A stretch of 64,000 nucleotides of DNA from Gammaproteobacteria bacterium (GTDB lineage Bacteria > Pseudomonadota > Gammaproteobacteria > Pseudomonadales > Azotimanducaceae): NCBI GenBank assembly GCA_012269545.1, contig JAAXKB010000008.1, forward strand, positions 12,348 to 76,347. The letters run 5' to 3'. The stretch's first letter is position 1. Every line of letters begins with the position of its first letter. A program made the translations under genes and the position numbers. The notes beneath the pieces are model-generated. The model ran no database searches. It worked only from the letters and a program-made list of their open reading frames with translations, and had not been told where the DNA came from. Below, in pieces: positions 17,830-28,250 of the stretch.

Positions 17830-18711
17830 TCAGAGTGCCAATACCCAGCTCAGAGCGATGACCGCGAAAGCGAGGATGCCGCATTGCTGCTGTCGTTCTT
17901 GAGAGATGGCCAAAAAATCGATGTGAGAGAGTTTCAGCCCGGCGCATACGCCGGCGATGAAGCCAAAGACATGGCCGCCGATGTCGACGCGCTCTGAGCC
18001 AAAGCCCGTAAACGCGAGCATGGCAATCGCGGCGAACAGCGGCGCTGCACTGCGCCGCCAGTCACGCTGCCGAAACGCGCCTTTACGCCATAGCAGGGTC
18101 GGTGCGAGCCCTAGAGCAGCAAAATTTGCGGTAGATGCACCCAGTGCCCGAAACGCATCCGGATGAATCAGCGCGTTACAGATGTTGGCAGTGGCTGCGC
18201 AGCCAAGAATTGCTAACCAGCCGACGCCTGAGCCCAAATAACGGGCGACAAAGAAACCGAAGAGGCTGCCGAATAAGCTGTTGCTTAGAATATGCTCCAG
18301 ACCGCCGTGCAGCGTTAAAGCGGTAATTGCACGCCACCATTCGCCTTGGCGGACTGATTCGCTATGCAGCACGCCCGCTTCAACCAGCTGGCCATTAGAG
18401 AACCCTTGAAGGGCTGGAACCGCCCAGATAACGGCTAAAAACCCGAGGACACCCAGCCATCCGCTATCGACAAAGGGTACCGCTACCTGAGTAGGCGGCG
18501 TCTTGCTGTTTTCTTGCCAGTAGGAATTGAGCTCATGGTGTGCTCTAGCTTGCTCAGAGGGAGGAACCATCAGCGACCACGGTGCGTCAGTTGCATTCAT
18601 GTCCACACGATGGGCGACTTTGACGGCAAGCAGCACTAGGCTGGCGTCTCGAATCTGCCTCTTGTCTTCGGCGCGAAATACTTCGACCCAAGGGTCTTGC
18701 TCCTCACTCAT
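17830..18711 (-). CDS. rhomboid family intramembrane serine protease
   Basis: Multi-TM protein with the rhomboid motif WRAITALTLHGGLEHILSNSLF and a GxSx serine motif (LGASTANFAALG). Cytoplasmic N-terminal extension. Confidence 0.75.
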   Translation of the reverse strand: MSEEQDPWVEVFRAEDKRQIRDASLVLLAVKVAHRVDMNATDAPWSLMVPPSEQARAHHELNSYWQENSKTPPTQVAVPFVDSGWLGVLGFLAVIWAVPALQGFSNGQLVEAGVLHSESVRQGEWWRAITALTLHGGLEHILSNSLFGSLFGFFVARYLGSGVGWLAILGCAATANICNALIHPDAFRALGASTANFAALGLAPTLLWRKGAFRQRDWRRSAAPLFAAIAMLAFTGFGSERVDIGGHVFGFIAGVCAGLKLSHIDFLAISQERQQQCGILAFAVIALSWVLAL

Positions 18712-18750
18712 GTGAGAAGGTTATCAGGCCTTGCAAAATATTCCGCAACG

Positions 18751-19644
18751 CTAAGTTGGAGGTGAAAAAACGGCGGGATGCGATTCAACGTTCTGCAACG
18801 CCAGCGATTGGACATGTTGGTAAAGGTGATCGGTCAGCGCCTGGCGGTTGTCGAAGCCGCTTAACGTCGACCAAACCAAGGTGTCGCCGACAACTGCGTC
18901 CAATGGCTTGCCAAATCGGTTACGGGCCTCGCTGAGCAGCAGTGCCATGCGCAGGGGTTCTGCGATATGGGAAGCCAAATGAAATGCCCGACTATTTTGT
19001 CCGCGGAAGAAGATCGGCACGACGCTGGCCTGCGCATCGCGAATCAACTTTGCGGCAAAGGTTGTCCAAGGTGCATCGATGACCTCGCCGAAGCCCTTTT
19101 TGTTAGCCGTTGAAACAAAGCCTGATGGAAAAATCAAAACAGGAATGTTCTCCGCCAAACACTCTTGGGCGACTTTCTTTATGCGGATATTGTTTTTCAT
19201 CGCCGCTTTCGTCGGGTGGAAATCCACCGGCAGGAAAAACGGCGCCAGATCTCTGTCTTGGCATAAAAGCGAGTTGATTAAAATTCGGAAGTTACCGCGT
19301 GTCTTTAAGGCCATGTCGCACAAGGCCATGCCATCAACGATGCCAAAGGGATGATTGGCCACAAATACCAATGGACCGTCTGCTGGTATTTCTTTCAGTT
19401 TGGCGGCGTTATACCGGCAGCTGATACCGGTAGCCTGAAAAGCGGCACTGAAAAAACGTTCGACTTCAAAGGGTTCCGCCTTTAGTTCCCTGTAGATCGT
19501 TTCGATCCGTTTGCGTCCAAATAAGCGTTCAACGGTGGAGATTACCTGCCGGGTTAGCCAGGGATCGCCCGGCTGGGCATAGGTAATCGTCGGTTCGTCT
19601 CTTACGTAGGCGGTGAAGGCTGGGTCCAGCTCAGGTTGAGGCAT
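18751..19644 (-). CDS. lysophospholipid (PlsC-type) acyltransferase family protein
   Basis: HX4D acyltransferase motif (VANHPFGIVDG) and FPSG block (LIFPSGFVS). Start moved from 19704 to MPQPELDP at 19644. Confidence 0.75.
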   Translation of the reverse strand: MPQPELDPAFTAYVRDEPTITYAQPGDPWLTRQVISTVERLFGRKRIETIYRELKAEPFEVERFFSAAFQATGISCRYNAAKLKEIPADGPLVFVANHPFGIVDGMALCDMALKTRGNFRILINSLLCQDRDLAPFFLPVDFHPTKAAMKNNIRIKKVAQECLAENIPVLIFPSGFVSTANKKGFGEVIDAPWTTFAAKLIRDAQASVVPIFFRGQNSRAFHLASHIAEPLRMALLLSEARNRFGKPLDAVVGDTLVWSTLSGFDNRQALTDHLYQHVQSLALQNVESHPAVFSPPT

Positions 19645-19910
19645 AACGCTGCTCCAAGGGCTGCTTTTTGCAGCAGGGTAGCGCGTTCCCAAGCGGATGG
19701 ACACGCGGAAAGGGTAAAAAATTCATGACGCTCAAGGGGCGCTTCGAGCTCGATAAGGCTGACTTTGTTGCGACGCGAGGAACTTTGCACCTGTTGGGGT
19801 TGCAAAACCAACGGCAGTTGCCAATATAGGCGTGTTCGAGCGCAGTTTCTTTTAAACTGTTACCAACGCGAGGCGGAGTGGCCTCACTGGAATAACGATA
19901 GGTGATATCA

Positions 19911-20585
19911 ATGGAACAACGATCTATGCATCAGGCTTCAGTAGGAAGTCTGTCAACGCTGGAAACCAACAAGGTATTGAAAAATACATACCTTTTACTC
20001 TCGGCTACCCTAGGCTTCAGCGCAGTAATGGCCTCTTTGTCTATGGCCATGAATGTGCCTGCAGGGGCTTACTTAATCTGCGTAATTGCCTCCATGGTTC
20101 TGGGTATGTTTGTGCTGCCACGCACAGCTAACTCGGCATCGGGCTTGGGCGTAATCTTCCTCGTGACCGGTCTGCTTGGCTTTGGCTTAGGACCGATTCT
20201 CAACATGTATTTAGCCCTCGCCAATGGCGCGCAAGTTGTGGGTACGGCCTTGGGCGGCACCGCAGTAATTTTCCTAGGCTTGGCCGGTTATGCCATGACG
20301 TCTAAGCGCGACTTCTCCTTTATGGGAGGCTTCGTGGCTATTGGCTTGATGGTGATGGTCATTGGCATGATCGCCAACATCTTCCTGCAGTTGCCTGTGA
20401 TGGCAGTAGTGATCTCAGGCGGCATCATCATGCTGATGAGCGCACTGATTTTGATGCAGATCGGCTCCATCGTGAACGGTGGAGAAACGAACTACATCAT
20501 GGCGACTTATTCTCTGTACTTGAGCATTTTCAATATCTTCATCAGCTTGCTTCAGCTGCTGGGCATTTTTGGCGGCGACGACTAA
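19911..20585 (+). CDS. Bax inhibitor-1/YccA family membrane protein
   Basis: Seven predicted TM segments with a BI-1/YccA-like sequence (NKVLKNTYLLLSATLGFSA...). ATG at 19911 inside ORF 19902..20585. Confidence 0.85.
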   Translation: MEQRSMHQASVGSLSTLETNKVLKNTYLLLSATLGFSAVMASLSMAMNVPAGAYLICVIASMVLGMFVLPRTANSASGLGVIFLVTGLLGFGLGPILNMYLALANGAQVVGTALGGTAVIFLGLAGYAMTSKRDFSFMGGFVAIGLMVMVIGMIANIFLQLPVMAVVISGGIIMLMSALILMQIGSIVNGGETNYIMATYSLYLSIFNIFISLLQLLGIFGGDD

Positions 20586-20634
20586 GAAGTCTTGTAGCTC
20601 GGTGCGCGAGATTTCGCGCGGCGGGCTCACGATG

Positions 20635-20681
20635 AAACCCGACGGAGACTTCGCCTAGCGAGGGGTACGTCGGGTTTTTTA
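20635..20681 (+). terminator. rho-independent terminator
   Basis: AAACCCGACG (20635..20644) pairs with CGTCGGGTTT (20668..20677), followed by a T-run. A second small hairpin GCGCGA-GATT-TCGCGC lies just upstream. Confidence 0.7.
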
Positions 20682-20707
20682 TTGGATTAAAATCCTGCGA
20701 GGACAAT

Positions 20708-20890
20708 ATGGAATGGATGCAAATCTTGGCCTTGGTTGCTGGCGGCATGATGCTGTTCGCAATTTGGCCAATGTACAAGAATTGGCGTGCCAATCCGACA
20801 GAGGCTCAGCCAGGGGACTGGTCCACGGCGATCTTTATTTTAGGACTGGTAATGCTGTTCGTCTTGATGCTGATTTGGTCGGTCCAGTAG
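20708..20890 (+). CDS. small hypothetical membrane protein (two predicted TM helices)
   Basis: 60-aa ORF with a GAGGA RBS 5 nt upstream and two hydrophobic helices (ILALVAGGMMLFAIW, AIFILGLVMLFVLMLIW). No recognised family. Confidence 0.45.
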   Translation: MEWMQILALVAGGMMLFAIWPMYKNWRANPTEAQPGDWSTAIFILGLVMLFVLMLIWSVQ

Positions 20891-20902
20891 CAGCAACCCA
20901 GA

Positions 20903-22933
20903 TCACTTACCCGTCAGTGCCGTATAGACCTTAGTCAGCTGGTTAGGCAGGTCTTCCATCTCCTCAATAATCATGTATCGCTCGTCTGGACACATCCGCT
21001 TCAGGTAGTCGTGCCCCGACTTGTCGACCGTCATGCAAAACGTCTCGATACCCTTTTGTTGCGATTCTTGCAGGGCGCGAGCTGTATCTTCAACTCCGTA
21101 GTCGTGATTGCCTCTGACCGGTCCGTAGTCGCAGTCTTGGGGGAAGCCGTCGCTGATCACCATAAGCACTTTCATCGCACTGCCCGTGTTCATGAGTTTT
21201 TGACTGGCATGCCGTATGGCCGGTCCCATGCGAGTTGATCCTTTCGGCGACATGGACGCAATGTTCTCTAAAGTGGCGTTAGAGAAGGCATCGTCAGGTT
21301 CCTTGGCAATGAAGAGTTCCACGTTGTCCTTGCTGTAACCGGAAAAGCCGTAAATACCGTAACTGTCTCCAAGGGCTTCAAGGGCTGCAGCCATCACCAC
21401 CATGGCTTCCCTCTCTAAATCGATGATTTTTCTGCCCGGCTCGTCAGGCTCTTCCTCAATATCATCGAAGCTCGCATACCACCCGGCACGAGTGTCCGCA
21501 TCGTCCTCTTCGTAGTTAGACCAGTCCTTGGGCTCAGGTGGCTGGATCGGATCGTCGGTGGAGGCCGATAGATCGACGAGAAAAATGGCGCTGACGTCTC
21601 GCTGCACCCGTTCCTTGCGCGAGTACACACGCTCGTTGGGGCTCTGCCCGGCTCGGATGTCCTGACGCGCTTCGATAACCGCATTGAGATCCAGTTCGTC
21701 GCCGTCCTGCACGCGCCGAATACGCTCCAGACCAGTGGGCCGTATCTGTTCCAGTTGTCGCTGTACGGTATTTTTGTACGTTCGGATGACGGTCTTGAGT
21801 GGGGTGATGTCTTCTTCGCTATCGTTTTCCAGTGACTGCTCGAAGACGCGACACCATGCCCGCAAATAGGTACGGTTCAGATAATCCCATTCGTCGTACC
21901 GGAAGCTACGAGCATCGCTCTGAGAGGTGCCCAGTGCGTGGGCAACTGCTGAACGTTCCATGTCGACGCGACGCTTGAGTGTGTCTCGCTCTTCTTTCAG
22001 CTCTTTGATTTCGATATCCATCTGTCGTTGGCTGCCATCGCCAGCATCGCCAAAGACCGCTTCTTGCTCTTCGCCGGTGGCGGTGTCCATAGCCACCGAT
22101 TGGTTTAGCTGTTCGTTAATCTCTTCAAGTTCCTCTTCCCATTCCTCTACCCGCTGCTCGCGGTTCAGCCAATCCACCAAGGATTCGTCGTTGTTGGCAA
22201 GCGCGCTGTGTTCCGTGGCATAGCAGGACAACACCTCCTCATAGAGTTCGCACAAAGCGGCGACGCTGTCATAAACCGAGAGAGCAGCTTCTGCGTGTTG
22301 TTGCAGTGCTGTATAAAGTTTCCGCTCGACTAAACCATCGTCGTTGGATAAACGTTCACCCAGACGCCAACGTTTGCCCCGGGAGATCAGATCAGTAGGC
22401 GTGTCCTCATTCAGCAAGTGCGCGTGATGATCGGTAAGGTGTTTCGCCAGGCCCGGATAGTGGCGTAGTAAATGACTTTGAATACGCATGTCTTCGAAAA
22501 GTAAGAAGAGATCTTCGGCTATGGCCGGGGCAGAAAAGCAATCAAACAGCAAGCGATAGTCACCCACTCGTGGGCCAGCCTCTGGGCTGGGCGTGTGAAT
22601 CGCCGCCAGCTGCGGCAGACGGGCCAAAGCGGCGTTCATTCGAAACTGCAAGGTATCGCATTCGCGCATACCGATTTGTTGCATGACCAGAACGCGATAG
22701 GCCGAGGGACTGCCGGTTGTCAGCGATTCAGGCAAAAACAATGTGTCGCTGTTCTGCCCCGTCACTTCAACGTTTAATTTTAGTCGGGAGTTGGCGGCAA
22801 ACTCGCTGCTACTGCGGATGTGTAAATAACGCCCGGCAATGCCTTCGGCAAAAAGACCCAGCGCAGCCTCAACATCTGCGAGCTGTAGGCTGGGCTCAAC
22901 CGTTTCTTTGGTATCCTGAGCGTTGGGTTTCAT
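20903..22933 (-). CDS. CbbO/NorD-like von Willebrand factor A domain protein
   Basis: C-terminal VWA domain with MIDAS residues (DLSAST ... GSTRMG ... ISDGFP). Long helical, acidic N-terminal region. Lies 17 nt downstream of a CbbQ/NorQ ATPase gene. Confidence 0.8.
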   Translation of the reverse strand: MKPNAQDTKETVEPSLQLADVEAALGLFAEGIAGRYLHIRSSSEFAANSRLKLNVEVTGQNSDTLFLPESLTTGSPSAYRVLVMQQIGMRECDTLQFRMNAALARLPQLAAIHTPSPEAGPRVGDYRLLFDCFSAPAIAEDLFLLFEDMRIQSHLLRHYPGLAKHLTDHHAHLLNEDTPTDLISRGKRWRLGERLSNDDGLVERKLYTALQQHAEAALSVYDSVAALCELYEEVLSCYATEHSALANNDESLVDWLNREQRVEEWEEELEEINEQLNQSVAMDTATGEEQEAVFGDAGDGSQRQMDIEIKELKEERDTLKRRVDMERSAVAHALGTSQSDARSFRYDEWDYLNRTYLRAWCRVFEQSLENDSEEDITPLKTVIRTYKNTVQRQLEQIRPTGLERIRRVQDGDELDLNAVIEARQDIRAGQSPNERVYSRKERVQRDVSAIFLVDLSASTDDPIQPPEPKDWSNYEEDDADTRAGWYASFDDIEEEPDEPGRKIIDLEREAMVVMAAALEALGDSYGIYGFSGYSKDNVELFIAKEPDDAFSNATLENIASMSPKGSTRMGPAIRHASQKLMNTGSAMKVLMVISDGFPQDCDYGPVRGNHDYGVEDTARALQESQQKGIETFCMTVDKSGHDYLKRMCPDERYMIIEEMEDLPNQLTKVYTALTGK

Positions 22934-22950
22934 GTTTTTGGACCCGGCGG

Positions 22951-23787
22951 CTAGGGTAGGATCACGTCAACAATATCGGTCACCGCCTGCTGCACGCTGG
23001 TATCGTCCGAGATTGCGCTAATGATTGAGGCGGTGGCGGCTCGTCGGGGGGCGATACCCGCAGCAATGAGGTCACCGGTATAGATCAGCAACCGGGTGCT
23101 GACACCTTCCTCGAAACCATGCTGCTTGAGATTGCGCACGCGCTCGCCGATGACCGCGAGGCGCTCCGCCGTCGCCGTGTCAACTCCGGATTCGTGGCTG
23201 ATAATTTTTGTTTCGGTCTCAACGTCGGGGTAGTCGAACTCCAGACTGACAAAGCGCTGTCGGGTACTGGGTTTGAGATCTTTAAGCACGCTTTGATAGC
23301 CAGGGTTGTATGAAATCACCAGCAAAAAATCTGGGTGTGCATCAAGCAACTCGCCGGTCTTATCAATGGGTAAAATGCGTCGGTGGTCGGTCAGGGAGTG
23401 AATGAGCACAGTGGTGTCCTTGCGCGCTTCGACAATTTCATCGAGATAGCAAATGGCTCCGGACCGAACCGCGCGGGTCAGTGGTCCATCGGACCAAACG
23501 GTTTCGTCGCCTTTGAGCAAGTAGCGCCCGACCATATCGGTCGCTGTCAGATCTTCGTGACAGGACACTGTGAGCAGCGGAACCTCGGGGCGCTGCTCGA
23601 TTGACCGAGAGTGATCAAGCTGCCAGCTCATGTGTTCCACAAAGCGCGTTTTTCCGCAGCCGGTGGGCCCTTTCAGCAAAACTGGTAGCCTCGACGCATA
23701 CGCGGCTTGAAAAACCTCGACTTCATCGGCCAGGGGCAAATAGTAAGGGGCATCAGGGGTGGATGAAGGACTGGTGATTTGGTTCAT
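22951..23787 (-). CDS. CbbQ/NirQ/NorQ/GpvN family AAA+ (MoxR-class) ATPase
   Basis: Walker A GPTGCGKT and Walker [11 protein letters not shown]. Size (278 aa) and overall sequence are typical of CbbQ/NorQ. Confidence 0.9.
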   Translation of the reverse strand: MNQITSPSSTPDAPYYLPLADEVEVFQAAYASRLPVLLKGPTGCGKTRFVEHMSWQLDHSRSIEQRPEVPLLTVSCHEDLTATDMVGRYLLKGDETVWSDGPLTRAVRSGAICYLDEIVEARKDTTVLIHSLTDHRRILPIDKTGELLDAHPDFLLVISYNPGYQSVLKDLKPSTRQRFVSLEFDYPDVETETKIISHESGVDTATAERLAVIGERVRNLKQHGFEEGVSTRLLIYTGDLIAAGIAPRRAATASIISAISDDTSVQQAVTDIVDVILP

Positions 23788-23906
23788 ACTGTACCTGTAG
23801 AAGATGGTCTGATTGGCATTCCTGCCACTTCGAAATAGTAGCGAAGAATGCGATTTACGGCGTGCAGAGGTCGTGAAGATAAAAAAAGAATGCGCTGGCG
23901 CGGCTT

Positions 23907-25046
23907 GTGGGCCTATCAGGTGCGCGTAAACTTGAAAAAAACGAAAGAGAGAACGTCTTGAGCGACACCGAAGAGCTGTTGGAAGCCACTACCGCACTGA
24001 TCTTGCCGCTGCTGCATGGCTTGGATGCCCTCGGCCAAGCCGGGCGTTTCATGCACCCACCGGAGTTGGCTGAGGTGTGTGCTGCGATTGCCCAATACCG
24101 TGAGCCCCTAGAGGCAGGGCGTCAGACCTTTGCTCGGGCGCAGTGGCCCGAGCATTTGGAAGCGTTTACGCTGCACGCAAATATGGCCACGACGTTGGCA
24201 CTGCGCGCATTTGATGGCTTCGCCGGGGCCGTGACCCAGCCCGAACCACCAATAGCTGCATACCGCGCCATGGGACTTGCCGCCCAAGCCTTTGCCGCAG
24301 CCTACCCGTTGGCCGCCATGCTGCCTCCAGTAAACCGGTTTTACTTGGAGCCAGAGGTTCGTGATAACGCCGAACTTCAGCAAAAACTCCTTGAGTCTGA
24401 TCCAGAAAAGCCAGATGTTGGTGTCATGCATGCGGACAACGCGGCGGACCAGCGAGGTGGCTTTTCGGTCTATGTGCCGGAATATTACCAAGGCGAACCC
24501 TTGCCACTGGTGATGGCGCTGCATGGCGGCAGTGGGCATGGCCGACAATTTTTGTGGTCTTGGCTCCGCGCTGTGCGCTCCGATCCCTGTATTTTGATTG
24601 CTCCCACGTCGGCGGATCGAACCTGGTCTTTGATGAACTCCGAGGCGGATAGTCAGCGACTGCACGATTTGGTTGCCTATGCGCAGCAGCATTGGAATGT
24701 GGACTCTCAGCGAATGCTGCTAACGGGTATGTCCGATGGCGGTACGTTTAGTTACGTGAGCGGGCTGCAAAGTAGCTCGCCCTTTACGCATCTGGCACCT
24801 TGCTCGGCGTCCTTCCACCCGATGCTGCTTGAAGTGGTGGATTCGGCCCGGCTGCAAGGCTTGCCAATTTACCTCATGCACGGTGTTTTGGACTGGATGT
24901 TTCCCGTCAGCGTGGCACAAGAAGCGGACGCGGCGCTGAGAGGTGCAGGGGCTCGTGTGAACTATCGTGAGATCGAAAATTTATCCCATACCTATCCCCA
25001 AGAAGAAAATTCCGCGATTTTGCGATGGCTGGCTGACGGTGATTAA
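23907..25046 (+). CDS. alpha/beta hydrolase (phospholipase/carboxylesterase or PHB-depolymerase-like esterase) with N-terminal extension
   Basis: Esterase core: [13 protein letters not shown], nucleophile elbow LTGMSDGG, C-terminal HGVLDWMFP ... HTYP. The true start is uncertain (GTG 23907 or a downstream codon). Confidence 0.7.
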   Translation: MGLSGARKLEKNERENVLSDTEELLEATTALILPLLHGLDALGQAGRFMHPPELAEVCAAIAQYREPLEAGRQTFARAQWPEHLEAFTLHANMATTLALRAFDGFAGAVTQPEPPIAAYRAMGLAAQAFAAAYPLAAMLPPVNRFYLEPEVRDNAELQQKLLESDPEKPDVGVMHADNAADQRGGFSVYVPEYYQGEPLPLVMALHGGSGHGRQFLWSWLRAVRSDPCILIAPTSADRTWSLMNSEADSQRLHDLVAYAQQHWNVDSQRMLLTGMSDGGTFSYVSGLQSSSPFTHLAPCSASFHPMLLEVVDSARLQGLPIYLMHGVLDWMFPVSVAQEADAALRGAGARVNYREIENLSHTYPQEENSAILRWLADGD

Positions 25047-25089
25047 GCTGCTGGAGCCTGCCATCTTGGCGCACGAGTAGGAGAGAGTC

Positions 25090-25575
25090 ATGCGCATCGT
25101 AAGTTACCGCGAGCAATACGCTGAGGATTTCGCGCGGCTGAATTATCAGTGGATCGAACACTATTTTCGCATTGAGGATGAGGATCGGGCGGCGCTAGAT
25201 TACCCAGAAAGTTATGCCATTGCGCCCGGCGGTGAGATTTTCTTCGTACTCATTGATGATGTAGTGGTGGGTACTGCTGCCTTGGTGCCCAAGGCATTCA
25301 ACCCGGATGGTGTACCAATCCGTTTTGAGCTGGCAAAAATGGCAGTAGAACCTGAATTGCAGGGACGGGGTATCGGCAAGCACTTGTTGGCACACGCCAC
25401 GGCTTATGCCAAGGAGCGCGGCGCAGACCAGGTGGTGTTGTCAACCAATGATATTTTGGCGCCCGCACTGAAGGTCTATCGTGATGCGGGGTTTGTGGAG
25501 CAGCCAGCGGCGCAGGACGAGCGTTATGAGCGCAGCAACATGTTTATGGTGTTGGAGCTAAGCCGGATAAATTAG
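25090..25575 (+). CDS. GNAT family N-acetyltransferase
   Basis: Acetyl-CoA binding motif VEPELQGRGIGKHLLAHA. 161 aa. Confidence 0.85.
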   Translation: MRIVSYREQYAEDFARLNYQWIEHYFRIEDEDRAALDYPESYAIAPGGEIFFVLIDDVVVGTAALVPKAFNPDGVPIRFELAKMAVEPELQGRGIGKHLLAHATAYAKERGADQVVLSTNDILAPALKVYRDAGFVEQPAAQDERYERSNMFMVLELSRIN

Positions 25576-25596
25576 CTTGGGGGAGCTAATTAGCCA

Positions 25597-26976
25597 TCAC
25601 GAATTTGCGGATCGACGCATTTCGTAACGCAGCAGCAGTAATCCTCCAAGGCACGCCCAGACAACAATGGTCAGCCACTCTTCGGGCCATTGTAGGGCGC
25701 TATCGCTCCACGGCATAAACGCCGCAAGCAGACCGATGGACAAGGTCACCGCTCCGTAGCCAACGAACCGCGGGTGAGAGACTTTAAAGGGTCGGGGCAT
25801 ATCGGGTTCGGTATGGCGCAGTACAAGAAAGGAAATCGCGACGAAGAGGAAGGCAACGGTGGTGGCGAAGCTGCCGCTGTTGATGAGCCAGACCAATATC
25901 GTCTTGCCGAACAAGGGCGCAATCATGCTCAGTGCGCCGATGGCCGCGATACCGATGTAGGGCGTTTTGTACGTCGGATGCAGGCGGCCAAAAATCCTCG
26001 GAACGTGATTAGACTCAGCCAATGCGTAGAGCACGCGCGAGCCGCCAACCACAAATGCGTTCCAGCTGGTCATGATGCCGCCAATGCCGCCCAAGACCAA
26101 CAAGGCTCCGGCCCACGGCTGCCGCCACAGGGCTTTGGCAGCGTCAGCGGTTGCCATAGTGCTGCTCGCTTGCTGCTCCGCCGTCAGACCCAAACCCACG
26201 GCGAAGGCGATCAGAACATACCATGCGACAGCGCAGGCCACCGAAATCACCAGCAGGCGGCCGATTTTGTTTGGCGGCAAGTCAATTTCTTCGGCAGATT
26301 GGGGAATCACGTCAAATCCTACTAAAAGCGCCGGCACCATGATCAGTACCGTGACGATGCCTGTGGCTGGTGTGGCAAGGAAAGGCTGGGCATTTTCAAT
26401 GTCGCCAAAAGCGACAGCCCCCGAAATCAAGAGCAAACCTGAGGCAACGATCATACCGGTGACCACCGTTTGCAGCACTGCGGCCGTGCGAATGCCCAAT
26501 ATGTTGATCCAAGTAACTAAAGCCGCAGCCCCGGCGCCAATCAGAACAAAACCTAAGTCCACATCGCTGCCGAGGAACGACCAGAGCGTGCCCAAACGGA
26601 TGTCAGGAAAGAGGTACTCTACCGCGCTGGGTAGCGCGACCGATTCAAATAGGCAAACGTTGACGTAGGCAAATAACAAAGCCCAAGTGCAGGCGAATGA
26701 CCATCGGTTTCCCAGCGCCCGTTTTGTGTAGATGTGCTCGCCGCCGGCCTTTGGCATGGCCGAGGCTAGCTCGCTGTAGGTCAGGCCGATGAGGGCAATG
26801 GCAAAACCACCGATCGAAAAAGCGATCAATGTGCCCAGAGAACCCGCGTCGGTTAGCCATACCCCGGTCATCAAGACCCAACTCCATCCGATCATCGCAC
26901 CAAAGGCTAATGCCACGACTTCTCTGGATTTCAGCACCTTGGCAAATTTCGCGGGCTTGGTTTGTGATTCAGACAT
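25597..26976 (-). CDS. APC family amino acid/polyamine permease
   Basis: 12-TM permease (ALAFGAMIGWSWVLMTG...). Start moved from 27147 to MSESQTKPAKF at 26976. Confidence 0.85.
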   Translation of the reverse strand: MSESQTKPAKFAKVLKSREVVALAFGAMIGWSWVLMTGVWLTDAGSLGTLIAFSIGGFAIALIGLTYSELASAMPKAGGEHIYTKRALGNRWSFACTWALLFAYVNVCLFESVALPSAVEYLFPDIRLGTLWSFLGSDVDLGFVLIGAGAAALVTWINILGIRTAAVLQTVVTGMIVASGLLLISGAVAFGDIENAQPFLATPATGIVTVLIMVPALLVGFDVIPQSAEEIDLPPNKIGRLLVISVACAVAWYVLIAFAVGLGLTAEQQASSTMATADAAKALWRQPWAGALLVLGGIGGIMTSWNAFVVGGSRVLYALAESNHVPRIFGRLHPTYKTPYIGIAAIGALSMIAPLFGKTILVWLINSGSFATTVAFLFVAISFLVLRHTEPDMPRPFKVSHPRFVGYGAVTLSIGLLAAFMPWSDSALQWPEEWLTIVVWACLGGLLLLRYEMRRSANS

Positions 26977-27072
26977 CAGGTTTCTCGCTGGGTAGAACTC
27001 AGGACAGATACTACGGGTTGAGAGGTCAAAGTTGTTGAGAAAATTCACGCGGACTGATGCCGCCGCACTGCT

Positions 27073-27390
27073 ATGATTATTGCTCATATGATGAACTGCC
27101 ATGAGGAGCCGGCGTTGTCTCAGACTTTGACTTTCGATCATCGACACAAGACCTTTGAGTTTCAGCTCACTGACGACGGTGCCATAGAGCTGTGGCTGGA
27201 CGGTTGCTTGCGCAAGCGCCGCGATGCGTCAGATAAGCAACCGCAGTATGTGTGGACCAATGTGGAGCTGGAGTGGGAAGAGCACCACTACATTGAGGCT
27301 CGGTACTGGGCCGCAAGTGGCGAGCTTAAAATCACTGTGAATGGCGACCCGCTGCTGGAGAAAAATCTGCACGAGGGCCAGCGAGCCTGA
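27073..27390 (+). CDS. hypothetical small protein
   Basis: 105-aa ORF ending 15 nt before the PhyH gene. No recognised family and no clear RBS. Coding-like composition only. Confidence 0.4.
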   Translation: MIIAHMMNCHEEPALSQTLTFDHRHKTFEFQLTDDGAIELWLDGCLRKRRDASDKQPQYVWTNVELEWEEHHYIEARYWAASGELKITVNGDPLLEKNLHEGQRA

Positions 27391-27405
27391 GGGCTGGAAC
27401 CCGTT

Positions 27406-28206
27406 ATGCCGCGGACAGCGCCACAATCGCCGAATGCAACGCTTGCAGAGCAACAGGCGTATTTTGCCGAGCACGGCTTCGTGGTGTTGCGTGGTGTTAT
27501 CGACCAAGGCCTTTGCGGGCAGATCAGTGAGCACGTCATGCAAAACATGCAACCGTTGGTGGGGCCGGCGGAATTTGAAGCTGATGTGGGGTACCCGGGA
27601 GCACCAGTGAGCCGCGATGCTCCCGGTGGTAAAACGCCGCGGCGTTTGCTTCATGCTTACGCGCGCTCCGACGAACTGAAGATGCTGGCGACCCAGCCTC
27701 AGGTTGTGCGCGTGCTACAGCGACTGATGGGCGATTCCGTCTGTCTGTCGCAGTGTCACCATAACTGTGTGATGACCAAGCACCCGGGCTTCAGCAGCGC
27801 GACGCTATGGCATCAGGATGTGCGTTACTGGTCTTTTGACCGGCCGGAATTGATCTCGGCATGGTTCGCGCTGGGAGAAGAAACTCAGGCGAACGGTGCA
27901 TTACAAGTGGTTCCGGGAACGCATCGAATGGACATTGATGTTCAGCGACTGGACGCGGATTTGTTTTTACGTCCGGATTTGGAAGAGAATCAGGCGTTGT
28001 TAAAGCGTGCCGAGGTTGTGGAGCTCAGTGCCGGAGACGCTTTGTTGTTCCACTGTCGGCTGTTTCACGCCGCCGGGCGTAACACGTCAGATGCAGTCAA
28101 ATTGTCTGCGGTCTTTACTTACCATCAAAGTGACAATCGCCCGCAACAGGATACGCGCTCAGATCGCTTTCCCAGCATTGATGTGGTGGGTACTTACGCG
28201 GATTAA
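27406..28206 (+). CDS. phytanoyl-CoA dioxygenase (PhyH) family Fe(II)/2-oxoglutarate oxygenase
   Basis: HxD facial-triad motif (LWHQDVRYW), distal His (LFHCRLFHAAGRN), and PhyH-like N-terminus (FAEHGFVVLRGVI). Confidence 0.85.
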   Translation: MPRTAPQSPNATLAEQQAYFAEHGFVVLRGVIDQGLCGQISEHVMQNMQPLVGPAEFEADVGYPGAPVSRDAPGGKTPRRLLHAYARSDELKMLATQPQVVRVLQRLMGDSVCLSQCHHNCVMTKHPGFSSATLWHQDVRYWSFDRPELISAWFALGEETQANGALQVVPGTHRMDIDVQRLDADLFLRPDLEENQALLKRAEVVELSAGDALLFHCRLFHAAGRNTSDAVKLSAVFTYHQSDNRPQQDTRSDRFPSIDVVGTYAD

Positions 28207-28250
28207 CAGCCTAAAGCTTGGATCTCACAACAAGAAGTAGGACATTTGCC

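Noticed and set aside
24108-24692. 194-aa minus-strand ORF
   Set aside because: It is antisense to the esterase gene, which carries recognisable catalytic motifs. No family resemblance.
25571-25590. Hairpin ATTAGCT-TGGGGG-AGCTAAT between the convergent GNAT and APC genes as a terminator
   Set aside because: It is only a 7-bp AT-rich stem with no flanking T/A tracts. That is too weak to call with confidence.
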